A stretch of DNA of 63,871 nt, filler included, from 5 parts of 5 records of this genome joined end to end with filler, not necessarily neighbours in it; one strand, 5' to 3'. Shown: positions 19,264-29,180, numbered from the whole stretch's first letter. The notes: generated by a model not told the origin, from the sequence alone. Numbers and translations: made by a program.

Positions 19264-19792
19264 ATGAATGAAAGAATCGAAATTGAATTAAGTCGAACAA
19301 AAGGTTTTATTCTCTTTATAGGATCGATTGCGTTTGTTCTTTTTGGAACATTTCTATTTCTACATCCCGAAAAATTTGCTTCCTCTTCCCAAACTGTTTT
19401 ACTTTTTGTAAAAGTCATGGGATTAATTAGCGTTGTGTTTTTTGGAATCTGCGCAGTTTTTATTTTTCGTAATTTTTTCATTCAGAAAATTGGACTCATT
19501 ATAGATCAACATGGCATCACCAATCGCTCAACGGCGTTTTCTATAGGATTGGTCGGACATTACAGGAATAAATACCATCCAAATTGCTTCAACACAAATT
19601 CTAATATTAAAGACCAATAATCCGAAAAAATACGTGAACAAGGCAAAAAATGGATTTATGAAACGAGCTATGAAAGCAAATCAAAGAATCTATAATTCGC
19701 CGCTTTCCATTACTTCAACTTCTCTAAAAGTAAACTTTGACACCTTGGAGAAAATTATTTCAACTGAATTTGAAAAACGTAAGACTATCTGA
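19264..19792 (+). pseudogene. Frameshifted STM3941-family-like membrane protein
   Basis: Two TM helices and GLIIDQHGITN in one frame; the continuation DWSDITGINTIQIASTQIL...KRAMKAN...YNSPLSI is in another frame from about 19547 to TGA at 19790-19792. Confidence 0.72.
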
Positions 19793-19864
19793 GTGAGATA
19801 CTTAATCTCTTCAAAGTATTATTGAATCTAGCAATTACAGCATTCTCAGTTAAAGTATAACCAA

Positions 19865-20434
19865 ATGAAAACCCTCGAAGAAAAAATTCAAAGCGTCGTT
19901 CTATTGAATCAAGAAGAATTGGAAACACTGACAAGCTTGTTCACTCTTGAGCACTACCCAAAACACGCTTTTTTCGCGAAACACGGCGAATACTCTCACA
20001 AAATGGCCTTTGTGAAGTCAGGTATTTTAAGGGCTTTCTTCCAAACCGATAAAGGAGAACAATACAATAAAACATTTTTCAAAGAAGGTGATTTTCTAGG
20101 CGCTTATGCCTCGCTTTTGAATGGAAAAAGCAGTTTAATTGACATCCAATGTTTAACCAAGTGTGAATTACTCACAGCGGACTACCGATCATTCACTGGA
20201 CTCTACGATGAATATCCACGGGTAGAAAGAATAGCACGAATCATGGCAGAGCAATTTTTCATTCAAAAAGAAAAAAGAGAGATTGAATTGGTTACTCTCG
20301 AAGCAAAGGAGCGATATCAAATTCTAAAAATCGAGCATCCGACCATTGAACAAAACATACCTCAATATCATATCGCTTCATATCTCGGAATAACCGCCAC
20401 ACAACTAAGTCGAATTAGAGCTCATAAGGAATAA
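19865..20434 (+). CDS. Crp/Fnr family regulator
   Basis: cNMP-binding domain (FVKSGILR) and IPQYHIASYLGITATQLSRIR HTH. Confidence 0.92.
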   Translation: MKTLEEKIQSVVLLNQEELETLTSLFTLEHYPKHAFFAKHGEYSHKMAFVKSGILRAFFQTDKGEQYNKTFFKEGDFLGAYASLLNGKSSLIDIQCLTKCELLTADYRSFTGLYDEYPRVERIARIMAEQFFIQKEKREIELVTLEAKERYQILKIEHPTIEQNIPQYHIASYLGITATQLSRIRAHKE

Positions 20435-20444
20435 TCTCATTTTC

Positions 20445-20458
20445 TATACATATGTAAA
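20445..20458. promoter_or_regulatory. Palindrome, probable Crp/Fnr-family operator for the SDR gene
   Basis: TATACATATGTAAA between the regulator and its downstream gene. Confidence 0.5.
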
Positions 20459-20512
20459 TGGATTTGAATCTCCATCCGCCGACCTTTGTTTCATTGTTAA
20501 ACAATTTGAAAC

Positions 20513-21244
20513 ATGAATTTAAGCGGAAACAAACTACTTATAACAGGAGCGACTTCCGGAATCGGTTACGCCATTTTAGAAGAGTTCCTGAAACTAGACA
20601 ATCAAATCATTGCACTCGGAAGAAATGAGGAGCAGCTCAAATCTCTGGTGAAGAAAGACAAGCGCATTTTCCCTTATAAATGTGATATTTCGAAGAAGGA
20701 AGATTTGGATGACTTAATAATGTATATAGAAAAGGAACATCCCGATTTGAATATTCTAATTAACAATGCCGGAATTCAATACAATTACCATTTTATGGCA
20801 GAGCAACAGATAATTGCGAAAGTAGAACATGAAATCGAAGTCAACTTAACCGCGCCAATTAAACTGATTAGTTTACTCTTACCGACAATTCAAGCAAATA
20901 AAAACAGCGCTATCGTGAATGTTTCATCTGGATTGGGACTCGTTCCTAAAATGTCCGCTCCTGTTTATTGCGGAACCAAAGCGGCCATCCATATTTTTTC
21001 AAAATCCTTGAGGTATCAACTGGAAGACGTTAAGGTTTTCGAAATCATTCCGTCATTAGTAGACACCAACATGACAAAAGGAAGAGGAAGCGGAAAAATA
21101 TCTCCAGAACAATTGGCGAAGCAGTTTATCTCTGCATTTAAGAAAAATAAATTTGAAGTCAACATTGGAAAAGTGAAATTGCTCAGGATAATCGCTCGAA
21201 TTAGTCCATCCATAGCCGATCGCATTCTGAAAGGTGGAATCTAA
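20513..21244 (+). CDS. SDR family oxidoreductase (DltE-like)
   Basis: TGATSGIG, NNAGIQ, SSGL, YCGTK. Confidence 0.9.
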   Translation: MNLSGNKLLITGATSGIGYAILEEFLKLDNQIIALGRNEEQLKSLVKKDKRIFPYKCDISKKEDLDDLIMYIEKEHPDLNILINNAGIQYNYHFMAEQQIIAKVEHEIEVNLTAPIKLISLLLPTIQANKNSAIVNVSSGLGLVPKMSAPVYCGTKAAIHIFSKSLRYQLEDVKVFEIIPSLVDTNMTKGRGSGKISPEQLAKQFISAFKKNKFEVNIGKVKLLRIIARISPSIADRILKGGI

Positions 21245-21343
21245 GAATTCAACTCAACTATTCTGGTGAATATCTTATTGAAAGATCCATCTCCTCACTG
21301 AGTTCATTTTCGATAAGTTTGATTATTTTCGGTCGCACAATCT

Positions 21344-21841
21344 ATGACTGAAAAACAACAACAACTTTGGCAAAAAATCCTTCGTTTTGAACTAGATGAT
21401 TCTGAGCATTCTTTGACGTTCACAGACAGATTGGCTCGTGAAAACGGTTGGAATACTGAGTACTCGATCCGTGCAATTCATGAGTATAAGAAGTTCATCT
21501 TTCTTATTTCAATCTCCCAATTTCCACTCACTCCTTCCGATCAAGTGGATCAGGTCTGGCACCTACATTTATTGTACACTAAATCGTATTGGACGGATTT
21601 ATGCGAAGATACGCTTGGGAAACAAATCCATCACGGCCCAACAGAAGGTGGCAGCAGCGAAAATCAAAAATTCACAAATTGGTATGAGAAGACGAAAGAA
21701 TTTTATACTGAATTGTTCCAATCTGCCCCTCCAGAAGATCTTTGGCCAAGCAGCGAAATTCGATTTTCGGAAGTCAATTTTCAGCGAGTTAACATGCATC
21801 GGAATTGGGTATTTACCAAACCAACTTTTCGTAAAAAATGA
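21344..21841 (+). CDS. Glycine-rich-domain-protein (GRDP)-like N-terminal domain protein
   Basis: FTDRLARENGW, EYKKF, TPSDQVDQVWHLHLLYT, HHGP motifs. Confidence 0.78.
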   Translation: MTEKQQQLWQKILRFELDDSEHSLTFTDRLARENGWNTEYSIRAIHEYKKFIFLISISQFPLTPSDQVDQVWHLHLLYTKSYWTDLCEDTLGKQIHHGPTEGGSSENQKFTNWYEKTKEFYTELFQSAPPEDLWPSSEIRFSEVNFQRVNMHRNWVFTKPTFRKK

Positions 21842-22638
21842 TCTATCTATCCATTTTATCCCCTGCCGAAATAATCTTAGTTCAAGAATTTAAGAGGACT
21901 GAACTCAAGGAGTTACTGAAACTCACTTTTATGGATTTACTCATGAAAGGTGTTCTGGAAACCATCGAAATCAAATCTCAATCACGCAGCAGCAGTAGAA
22001 TTCGAGTTAATACATACGTAATTGCAGGCAGAAACTTTGATGCTTATCTCCAACGGAAGCATGAAATGATCTTTCTGACTCCGTTCAACAAATCGAAATC
22101 CGTACAGATATTGTTAAGACACATGGTGAAAATGGGATTCGAAAATGCCCGATCTTACGGAAATCTCAAACGAGCAATCACACAATCACCCGAATGCCAA
22201 AGGTTCTTTACAACATCTTTTTTTCAGATGTTACTTGGCAGAGTGAATCTAACCCTCGATGGAGCAAACGTTCTGACTCAGATTAACCAGGAAATTGATC
22301 AACTTCAAAAACGACTCCCTCAATTAATTGCCAATAATTCTTCCGAAGTAGCTGAGATATTCAAAAAAATCAATGGAAACGTTTTTCTGCTCAAGAACAT
22401 CGATTTAGGTGAATTATCTACAATGGACAGTAAAATCCTTGAAGAAATGAAGAGAAATCGCCACTCGTCATCAGGGTGTTCAGGATGTATGTACTACTGG
22501 GACTCTTACGATTCTTATTCATCAGAATTCAATAACGGCTGTTCCTCAAGCGGTTGCTCGTCCAGTGGATGTTCGTCCAGCGGATGTAGTTCTTCAGGTT
22601 GCGGTGGATGTGGTGGCTGCGGCGGATGTGGTAGTTAA
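21838..22638 (+). CDS. Protein with Cys/Ser/Gly low-complexity C-terminal tail (TIGR04222-like architecture)
   Basis: LSPAE...TFMDLLMKG N-terminal motif; tail (GCSSS)4(GCG)4S; ATGA overlap with the upstream gene. Confidence 0.72.
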   Translation: MIYLSILSPAEIILVQEFKRTELKELLKLTFMDLLMKGVLETIEIKSQSRSSSRIRVNTYVIAGRNFDAYLQRKHEMIFLTPFNKSKSVQILLRHMVKMGFENARSYGNLKRAITQSPECQRFFTTSFFQMLLGRVNLTLDGANVLTQINQEIDQLQKRLPQLIANNSSEVAEIFKKINGNVFLLKNIDLGELSTMDSKILEEMKRNRHSSSGCSGCMYYWDSYDSYSSEFNNGCSSSGCSSSGCSSSGCSSSGCGGCGGCGGCGS

Positions 22639-22644
22639 TTTACC

Positions 22645-22673
22645 AAAAAAGCGCAGGAATCTCCCGCGCTTTC
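22645..22673. terminator. Hairpin between convergent genes, probably bidirectional
   Basis: AAAAAAGCGC-AGGAATCTCCC-GCGCTTT. Confidence 0.6.
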
Positions 22674-22688
22674 TGGTCTAACAAATTC

Positions 22689-22907
22689 CTAATGCCCTTC
22701 TCCGCAATGAACTGTATACGTATTCGTTCCATCGGAATAACCGTTAGCTTCCAACGTTTCTAATTCATCTCCGCATTTTGTTCCCAATTCAACTTCTGTG
22801 TTAGCGTCTGCATCATAATGACATTCAGCGCACTTGTTCTTCTTGCATGAGAAGATTAAAAGCATTCCGACTAGAACGAACGCTCCTTTAAACATTGCTT
22901 TTTTCAT
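22689..22907 (-). CDS. Small Cys/His lipoprotein
   Basis: IFSC lipobox; CAECH and C-terminal HCGEGH. Confidence 0.75.
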   Translation of the reverse strand: MKKAMFKGAFVLVGMLLIFSCKKNKCAECHYDADANTEVELGTKCGDELETLEANGYSDGTNTYTVHCGEGH

Positions 22908-22933
22908 AATCTTAAATTATTTGTGTTTGTTAA

Positions 22934-25213
22934 TTACTCGATGATTTCAATGATTTTCGGATATTCCGATTCATTGTACTTTTTTAATTTGTCGTTAATT
23001 GTGTAAGAGAGCTGGAGATAGAAGCTTCTCCCTTGCTGAGACAAGCCAATATTTTTCAGTCGCGACAAATGATCTATGTATGTTTCATTTAATACATTTC
23101 GAACGCCAATTCCCATAGACATAGGATTTTTCCAATCTACCGTGAAGTTGGCCGCAAGATTTACTAGCTGATACGATTTGGAGGCTGTCTCAAACTGAGC
23201 AACCCGATTCTGATTAAAAAAGTATTGATGTTCGATCGCCAGATTACTGAATTTTACGGTTCTTTTTGATTCAAGATCTCCAGTGATTTTTACCGTTGAC
23301 GAAATTCTATTGTGCGGAATCTGTGTCAACGGAATCCCCTTCTCATCTTCCGCGATTAAATGGGAATAAGAACTTTCTACGTGCAGCCAATGGGCGAAAT
23401 GTGGGTGTAAATGAAATCCAGCATCCACTCCGTAAAGATAGGCTTGGTGAATCTGCTGATATTCGAAGACTCTGTATCCGTCAATCATTGAATCAGTTGG
23501 ACTCGCTACAATATAGTTCTGCATGAGGTTAAAAAACGGATTAACGATCAATTCAATATGCTCTTTTCCAAGTTCGTAGACGACATCAAACTGATTTCCA
23601 CGTTCGGACTTCAATTCAATATTGCCTATTTCATAGCGAAATGCTCCATGATGCACTCCGTCTGCAGAAAGCTCTGAAACATGAGGTCCACGAAATCCTG
23701 TTGACACATTTACCCGAAACTTATGTGAATTCAACTGGTAAACTCCACCTAGCGATCCATTTACACTATGGAAGTCCTTCTGAAAACTTCCCCATTTGTC
23801 GGAATCAAAAACATCCATCAAACGATAATCGTAGCGCGCACCTCCCTGAAATCGCCATCCTCCAATTCTCCAGAAAACAATTCCGTAAACACCATGATCT
23901 TGTTGATTAAAATCTGGAATTAACGCCTCTTCCCACGAGATTCCTTTTCGATTAAATTGAGAGCTTCCTTGCAGACCTGTAACTAAATTAAGGTTCGCAG
24001 GAAGGCGCTTTGAAAACTTCAAATTGTAATAAGTGTTGTTCAATAAAGCATTCACCGCGGGAACTGTAACCTTTTCCTCAAATTCCCTCAGTTGATTAAA
24101 TGTATGTCCCAGATTAAATGAAACTTGACTCTTTTTCAAAAACCATCGATTCGTTAGCAGGAAAAAGTGATTATCCATCACCTGCTCAGGAATTAACGCT
24201 CCTCGATTCTGCTGTGTCACCTGAAAATCACTTAGATCTGGAATAGAATCATGCGAATGTCCTGGTAAGCCAACAGAATTCTTCGAAAAGAAATAGCGCG
24301 CATTCAACACCCATTTTTTTCGGCTGTACCCCAAAGCTGCCTTGGCTGCCACTTCTGAAAATCGCGAGTTCAACGCGAATGATCCATTCGGTAGCTGATA
24401 ATCGGCAAAATCACCAAACGATCCTGAAACATTCAATCGAAGCTTATTCACCGAAAGTTTGTAATCGACTGTTGAAAACGTTCCCAAAGAAGCTGTTTCA
24501 AAGCGAGAACTCACCTTAACTGATTGAGTATTTTGATGCGTATAGTTCTCATCTGCGAAGTAAATCACACCGCCCAACGCATCCGCACCGTATGCCAACG
24601 AAGCCGGTCCTTTGATAACTTCTACCGTGCCAATTCCCAATGTTCCAAGCGCCAATCCATGATCTCCACCCCACTGTTGATTCTCAATTCGCAAACCATT
24701 CAAGAACGTCACAACCCGCGTTCCTTGCTGCCCCCGAATAACAGGTTTTGAAATTCCATTGCCGAGATTAGCTTGATAAACTCCTGGTATTTTTGCCAAT
24801 GCATCTCCCATTCTTCCTGAAACTAAATTCAATTCGGAAAGTTTATGGGTTTCAATTTGCATGATGTTTTCTTGCTGAATCTCGCTCCCTGGACTTGAAA
24901 TTGACACTTCTTCCAATTGCACATGACGTACATGAAGTTGAATTAAAATGGGAGAATTCGTCTCAATATTCCCTTCATAAACCTCATATCCAGGCTTCGA
25001 AACGCGGATAGGGAGCACTTCTTCGGTCGACTCTATGGTCAAGCGAAAATTTCCTAAAGAATCGGTAAAAGCACCAATCTCTTGTTGAATTAAATAAACG
25101 TGAGCCGAGGCAATTCCCAATTGTGATGCATCCTCTACGATGCGTCCTTCCAATTCCTGCGCATTCACGCCGAAATATCCCGTTAAAAACAGGATAAATG
25201 CACTATATTTCAT
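22934..25213 (-). CDS. TonB-dependent receptor, probably for a transition metal
   Basis: Signal peptide, CarboxypepD_reg-like N-domain, plug (KPVIRG, QQWGGDHG, VEVIKGPASLAYG), His-rich segments GHSHD, GVHHG, HLHPH. Confidence 0.9.
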   Translation of the reverse strand: MKYSAFILFLTGYFGVNAQELEGRIVEDASQLGIASAHVYLIQQEIGAFTDSLGNFRLTIESTEEVLPIRVSKPGYEVYEGNIETNSPILIQLHVRHVQLEEVSISSPGSEIQQENIMQIETHKLSELNLVSGRMGDALAKIPGVYQANLGNGISKPVIRGQQGTRVVTFLNGLRIENQQWGGDHGLALGTLGIGTVEVIKGPASLAYGADALGGVIYFADENYTHQNTQSVKVSSRFETASLGTFSTVDYKLSVNKLRLNVSGSFGDFADYQLPNGSFALNSRFSEVAAKAALGYSRKKWVLNARYFFSKNSVGLPGHSHDSIPDLSDFQVTQQNRGALIPEQVMDNHFFLLTNRWFLKKSQVSFNLGHTFNQLREFEEKVTVPAVNALLNNTYYNLKFSKRLPANLNLVTGLQGSSQFNRKGISWEEALIPDFNQQDHGVYGIVFWRIGGWRFQGGARYDYRLMDVFDSDKWGSFQKDFHSVNGSLGGVYQLNSHKFRVNVSTGFRGPHVSELSADGVHHGAFRYEIGNIELKSERGNQFDVVYELGKEHIELIVNPFFNLMQNYIVASPTDSMIDGYRVFEYQQIHQAYLYGVDAGFHLHPHFAHWLHVESSYSHLIAEDEKGIPLTQIPHNRISSTVKITGDLESKRTVKFSNLAIEHQYFFNQNRVAQFETASKSYQLVNLAANFTVDWKNPMSMGIGVRNVLNETYIDHLSRLKNIGLSQQGRSFYLQLSYTINDKLKKYNESEYPKIIEIIE

Positions 25214-25276
25214 AGTACTATATGTTAAAAATGATTACTTCTTGAAGAAATCATGCGCTTTACACATGATTGTAAC

Positions 25277-25591
25277 TTATGCGAAGTAATTGGGAGGACC
25301 GCGAAGGCTATGTACCTCGGTTATGGCATTAGAAGCCTTTTGAACTAATCCGAGGGTATTGAGCTTAATAAAAGCTCTGTAAAATTTAAAACTTCGTATA
25401 GTTGGTACGTTCGATACAGATAAATCGAATTCACAGGCAAAACAATCGTCCTGATCTATATGAGCTTCTGAAGAATCAGAATCATCATGGTGTTCAACTT
25501 TGTGATCATCATGACAATCGTGAACGAGCGATCTTGGTACGTTTAGAAAAACGATAGATAAGAGTACAAGATATGCCACGAAAACTTTCAC
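25277..25591 (-). CDS. His-rich CxxC...RGPP leader protein (DUF2946/CruR-like uORF)
   Basis: GTG start, N-terminal hydrophobic helix, HDCHDDHKVEHH, CFAC, C-terminal LRGPP; 63 nt upstream of the TBDR. Confidence 0.8.
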   Translation of the reverse strand: MKVFVAYLVLLSIVFLNVPRSLVHDCHDDHKVEHHDDSDSSEAHIDQDDCFACEFDLSVSNVPTIRSFKFYRAFIKLNTLGLVQKASNAITEVHSLRGPPNYFA

Positions 25592-25630
25592 AGCACAAAA
25601 CTCATAAATAAAACAGATATAAACAAGTAA

Positions 25631-26086
25631 TTATTTAACTCCAGCTTCCTTGAGGCATTTTTTGATTTGCCTAAGATGATTTGCCCGCTCTTCTGGGGTC
25701 ACACTTGGATTTTGAACAAGGAATGCTTGACATTTGAGATCAACCTCATCGGATCTTGCCAATACTCTATCGAATTCATCATCAGACATATCTGATCGTT
25801 GAAAGGCTTTATTGATCGAGTCTTGCTTTACAGCACAAGCACAGAAATCCCATTGTTCTCCATACTTTTTCTCAATCTTAACAAGGTTTTGCTTAAACTC
25901 TTTGAGATCTTTCTTGTCTACTTTGGACATATCGTATTCAGAAATAATCACTTCATTAATTGTTGTATCTATTTCTGAAATATCTAATGAATCCTCATCA
26001 TTTTTTTTCGTGTCCGTATCTATTTCTTGACCTGAATTACAGCCCATTAGAAATAAAATCGTTAAAATTAAATACAGAACGCGCAT
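25631..26086 (-). CDS. Hypothetical lipoprotein
   Basis: MRVLYLILTILFLMGC lipobox; DFCAC and two further Cys. Confidence 0.65.
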   Translation of the reverse strand: MRVLYLILTILFLMGCNSGQEIDTDTKKNDEDSLDISEIDTTINEVIISEYDMSKVDKKDLKEFKQNLVKIEKKYGEQWDFCACAVKQDSINKAFQRSDMSDDEFDRVLARSDEVDLKCQAFLVQNPSVTPEERANHLRQIKKCLKEAGVK

Positions 26087-26179
26087 ATTGATCAATGAAT
26101 AATATTTTGGCAAGACAATTGCTAGTTCAATATTAGTAAGTTTTTTTGAAATTGTAACAACTACATTTTCCAAAGCAAT

Positions 26180-26827
26180 ATGAAAATGAACATAATAATA
26201 TTTTTACTAATCTTTTTTAACTTTTCAGCACTTTCCTATGGTCAGGATGACTCTATTCGAAAGCAAAACTTGCTGGAAATGAGAGTTGACAAAAATTTCG
26301 ATGCGAATTATCGATCTATGCTCTATAAACTTCGTCGCACATACCCAATGGCACTAGAAGCGAAAAGGATGATTGACGATTATGAAAAAGAACTCAACCA
26401 AATCGAAAAAAAGCGGAAACAAAAAAAGTACGGAAAGGAAGCACATGCCTCGCTAAAGGAAGAATTCACCTTCAATATTAAAGATCTCTACACTACCGAG
26501 GGAGATTTACTAATCCGTCTGATCCACAGAGAAACAGGAATGACAGTATCCGAGATTATCAAAAAATACCGAGGAGGTGTTCAGAATGGGCTGTCAGAAG
26601 GCATTGCCAAAATTTGGGGACACGACCTTGATGCAAAATACGATCCACACGGTGAAGATTGGATTTGTGAATTAATCTTACAAGATATTAAGGACGGATT
26701 TATTTCTTTTGATCTCACCATGAAAAAAATGGGCAAAGAAGAGTACAAGGATGGAATGAAAGAATACCGTGAGGGTAAAAGAGAGAACCGAAAAAATAAG
26801 AGAGAAAACCGAAGAAACAGATCTTGA
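26180..26827 (+). CDS. DUF4294 family protein
   Basis: Signal peptide, RRTYPMA, LLIRLIHRETG, YDP motifs. Confidence 0.7.
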   Translation: MKMNIIIFLLIFFNFSALSYGQDDSIRKQNLLEMRVDKNFDANYRSMLYKLRRTYPMALEAKRMIDDYEKELNQIEKKRKQKKYGKEAHASLKEEFTFNIKDLYTTEGDLLIRLIHRETGMTVSEIIKKYRGGVQNGLSEGIAKIWGHDLDAKYDPHGEDWICELILQDIKDGFISFDLTMKKMGKEEYKDGMKEYREGKRENRKNKRENRRNRS

Positions 26828-26965
26828 GGGTTTTAGCTAGGTTAAATCTCAAATAAAAGGCTTTTCACGATAAATTTTTAATTTCCACTCTTCCATTCTG
26901 ATTACTTTTGTCCATTATTCAATTTTAGATATTCAAAATACGACTTAAAGTTGTTACTTTGCAGT

Positions 26966-28947
26966 ATGTACGGACCGAAATTATTACTCCCTTTTTTCGT
27001 CTGCCTGCTTTATTCGGGTCTTTCTCGTGCACAAAATTGGCAGTGGGTAAAAACCTCCGCCAGTTCCTCTTATGAATCAATAAATGCTATTGCCGTTGAT
27101 CAAACCGATCTAACAACGTATGGAGTAGGCGAAGTTTCTGGACTTGGAGCTTATTCCCAGATCACTACAAACTACGGAAATGAAGATGCTTTTGTTATTA
27201 AATATGATTACGCTGGAAATGTAATTTGGGCCTTTCCTATCGGAGGTCCAAGTAAAGATGAAGCTACTGGAGTTGAAGTTGATCAAACAACAGGGAATGT
27301 GTATGTTACAGGATACGTCAGAAGAGCTGGAACTGTCAATTTCACAGGAGCTATTGCTGGAGCAGCAGGGACAATTAGTTCAGGAGGAGGAAACAATGAT
27401 GCTTTTGTCGCCTGTTATTCTAAGAACGGTGCCCTCATTTGGTATAATTTGATCAGTGGAAACAATGATGACCGAGGATTAGACCTTGCCGTGAGTTCAA
27501 ACGGTGTATTCGTATTAGGATATTATACTGGTTCTGCCTCTTACGGATCAGTAAATACTGCTCTTATAAATGGCAGTATCAATTACTTCGTTTCAGCATA
27601 TAATCCTGCAAATGGAACTTTTCTTTGGGGAAATGAAATGGGTTCTACAATAGATGATTTTGTTTTTAGTGGTGGTGCAACCGTGCATGAACGGCGAGGC
27701 TGCGGAATTACCGCTGATAACAATGGTGTATATATCGCAAGCTTTTTAAGTATAGGATTGCTTTTGCCCACATACTCTATTTATCATGAAGGAAGCGCTA
27801 CTCCGACAACGTGGACAGGAATCCTGTCTATTCCTCATGAAAAAATTATGTCCACCTCTTTTTTAAATAATGGTTCGCTTAACTGGTACACAACCTATAA
27901 CAACACATCAGGAACATGCTCTGGAGTAGACATTACCAACGATTGTGATGGAGTTTATGTAATCGGGTCTCTTAATAATGGTTCTGTAAGTCCGGGTGGA
28001 ACGACGATTTCTTCTTCGGCAGATAATGCATTCATTTCGAAATTGAATAAATCGAATGGAACTGAACTTTGGATTAGACAATTAACCAGTTCGTCTGCCA
28101 ATGGAGACTATTTCATAGGTGTTCAAGCAGATGGATACGGAAGTGTTTATGCTGTCGGTGTGATGCTAGGTACAAATGTTGGAATGGAATCACCTCCTGT
28201 ACACAACGAAACTGGTGCAAGTACTCGCGAAACGATTATTGTAAAATATGGAACGAACGGAGTTTTCAAGAATTTTGAACGTCTCCCTTCTCCTCAAGGA
28301 AATGGTAGTTGGGCAACCGACATTGCTACTTTTGGAAATACTTCTATCGCTATTGGAGGTTACTACGACGAGTCTCTGACGTTGGGATCGTTAAATGCTC
28401 CCGCAAATGATGACAATGGCTTCGTTGCTCGAAAAACACTTGAACCTCCATTCTTTTATACTTCGGCAGGCGGAACGAACAGTTTTTGTACTTCGGAGTC
28501 TAATCCATTGCCTACAATCAACGTTGCTGGAAGTGGCACATTCACAGGACCTCCACAAGTCATCTTTTCTAATTCAACAACAGGTTTAATTAACTTAAGT
28601 GCTTGTACTCCAGGAGGACCATATACTATTACCTACACTATCCCACTCCTCGGATGTAAATCATTCACAGGAACTTATGACATTTACATTAATGGCCCTG
28701 ACAACGCAAGTTTCAATTTTGTGACTTCTATTTTTTGTCTTGGCGGGACCAATCCGACACCGACAGTCACTACTCCCGGCGGAACTTTTACTTCAACCCT
28801 TGGCCTTGTGTTCGCTAATAGCTCTACAGGAGAGCTTGATCTTACAAATTCTTCCATTGGAAACTACACGATTACATACACCACAGCAGGATCTCCATGC
28901 GTTGGTACGTCTACTTACAGCATTACCATTTTTGCAGAAGAAGATCC
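26966..28947 (+). CDS. Large secreted protein with SBBP-like propeller and Ig-like repeats, truncated at the contig end
   Basis: Signal peptide, DAFVIKYD...GNVIW blades, repeated GTFT...TG(L/E)(I/L)xL...YTITYT modules. Confidence 0.8.
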
Positions 28948-29047
28948 NNNNNNNNNNNNNNNNNNNNNNNNNNNNNNNNNNNNNNNNNNNNTTAATTAAT
29001 TAANNNNNNNNNNNNNNNNNNNNNNNNNNNNNNNNNNNNNNNNNNNN
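28948..29047. other. Artificial contig linker
   Basis: N44-TTAATTAATTAA-N44 (stops in all six frames); abrupt GC change across it. Confidence 0.98.
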
Positions 29048-29075
29048 CTGCTCTATCCAGTTGAGCCACGGGGCC
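29048..29075 (-). tRNA. 5' fragment of a tRNA (probably tRNA-Arg; anticodon lost in the gap)
   Basis: Reverse strand reads GGCCCCG-TG-GCTC-AACTGGATA-GAGC-AG (acceptor strand plus D-arm). Confidence 0.75.
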
Positions 29076-29180
29076 GCCGCGCAGACGCATAGCGCCTCTT
29101 GCTTCCTTTGTCACCAAACGACCGAGCAGACTTGCACCTTTTGTGCGGCTGGGGCTTACTGATCCCAACATGACAACAGG

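Noticed and set aside
1-21300. Prophage, integron or ICE at tRNA-His
   Set aside because: No integrase, transposase, phage gene, attC-like repeat or duplicated tRNA 3' end was seen.
22470-22638. Cys/Ser/Gly tail as a thiazole/oxazole RiPP precursor in a biosynthetic cluster
   Set aside because: No YcaO, radical SAM, LanM, peptidase or exporter nearby; kept only as an unknown-function pair.
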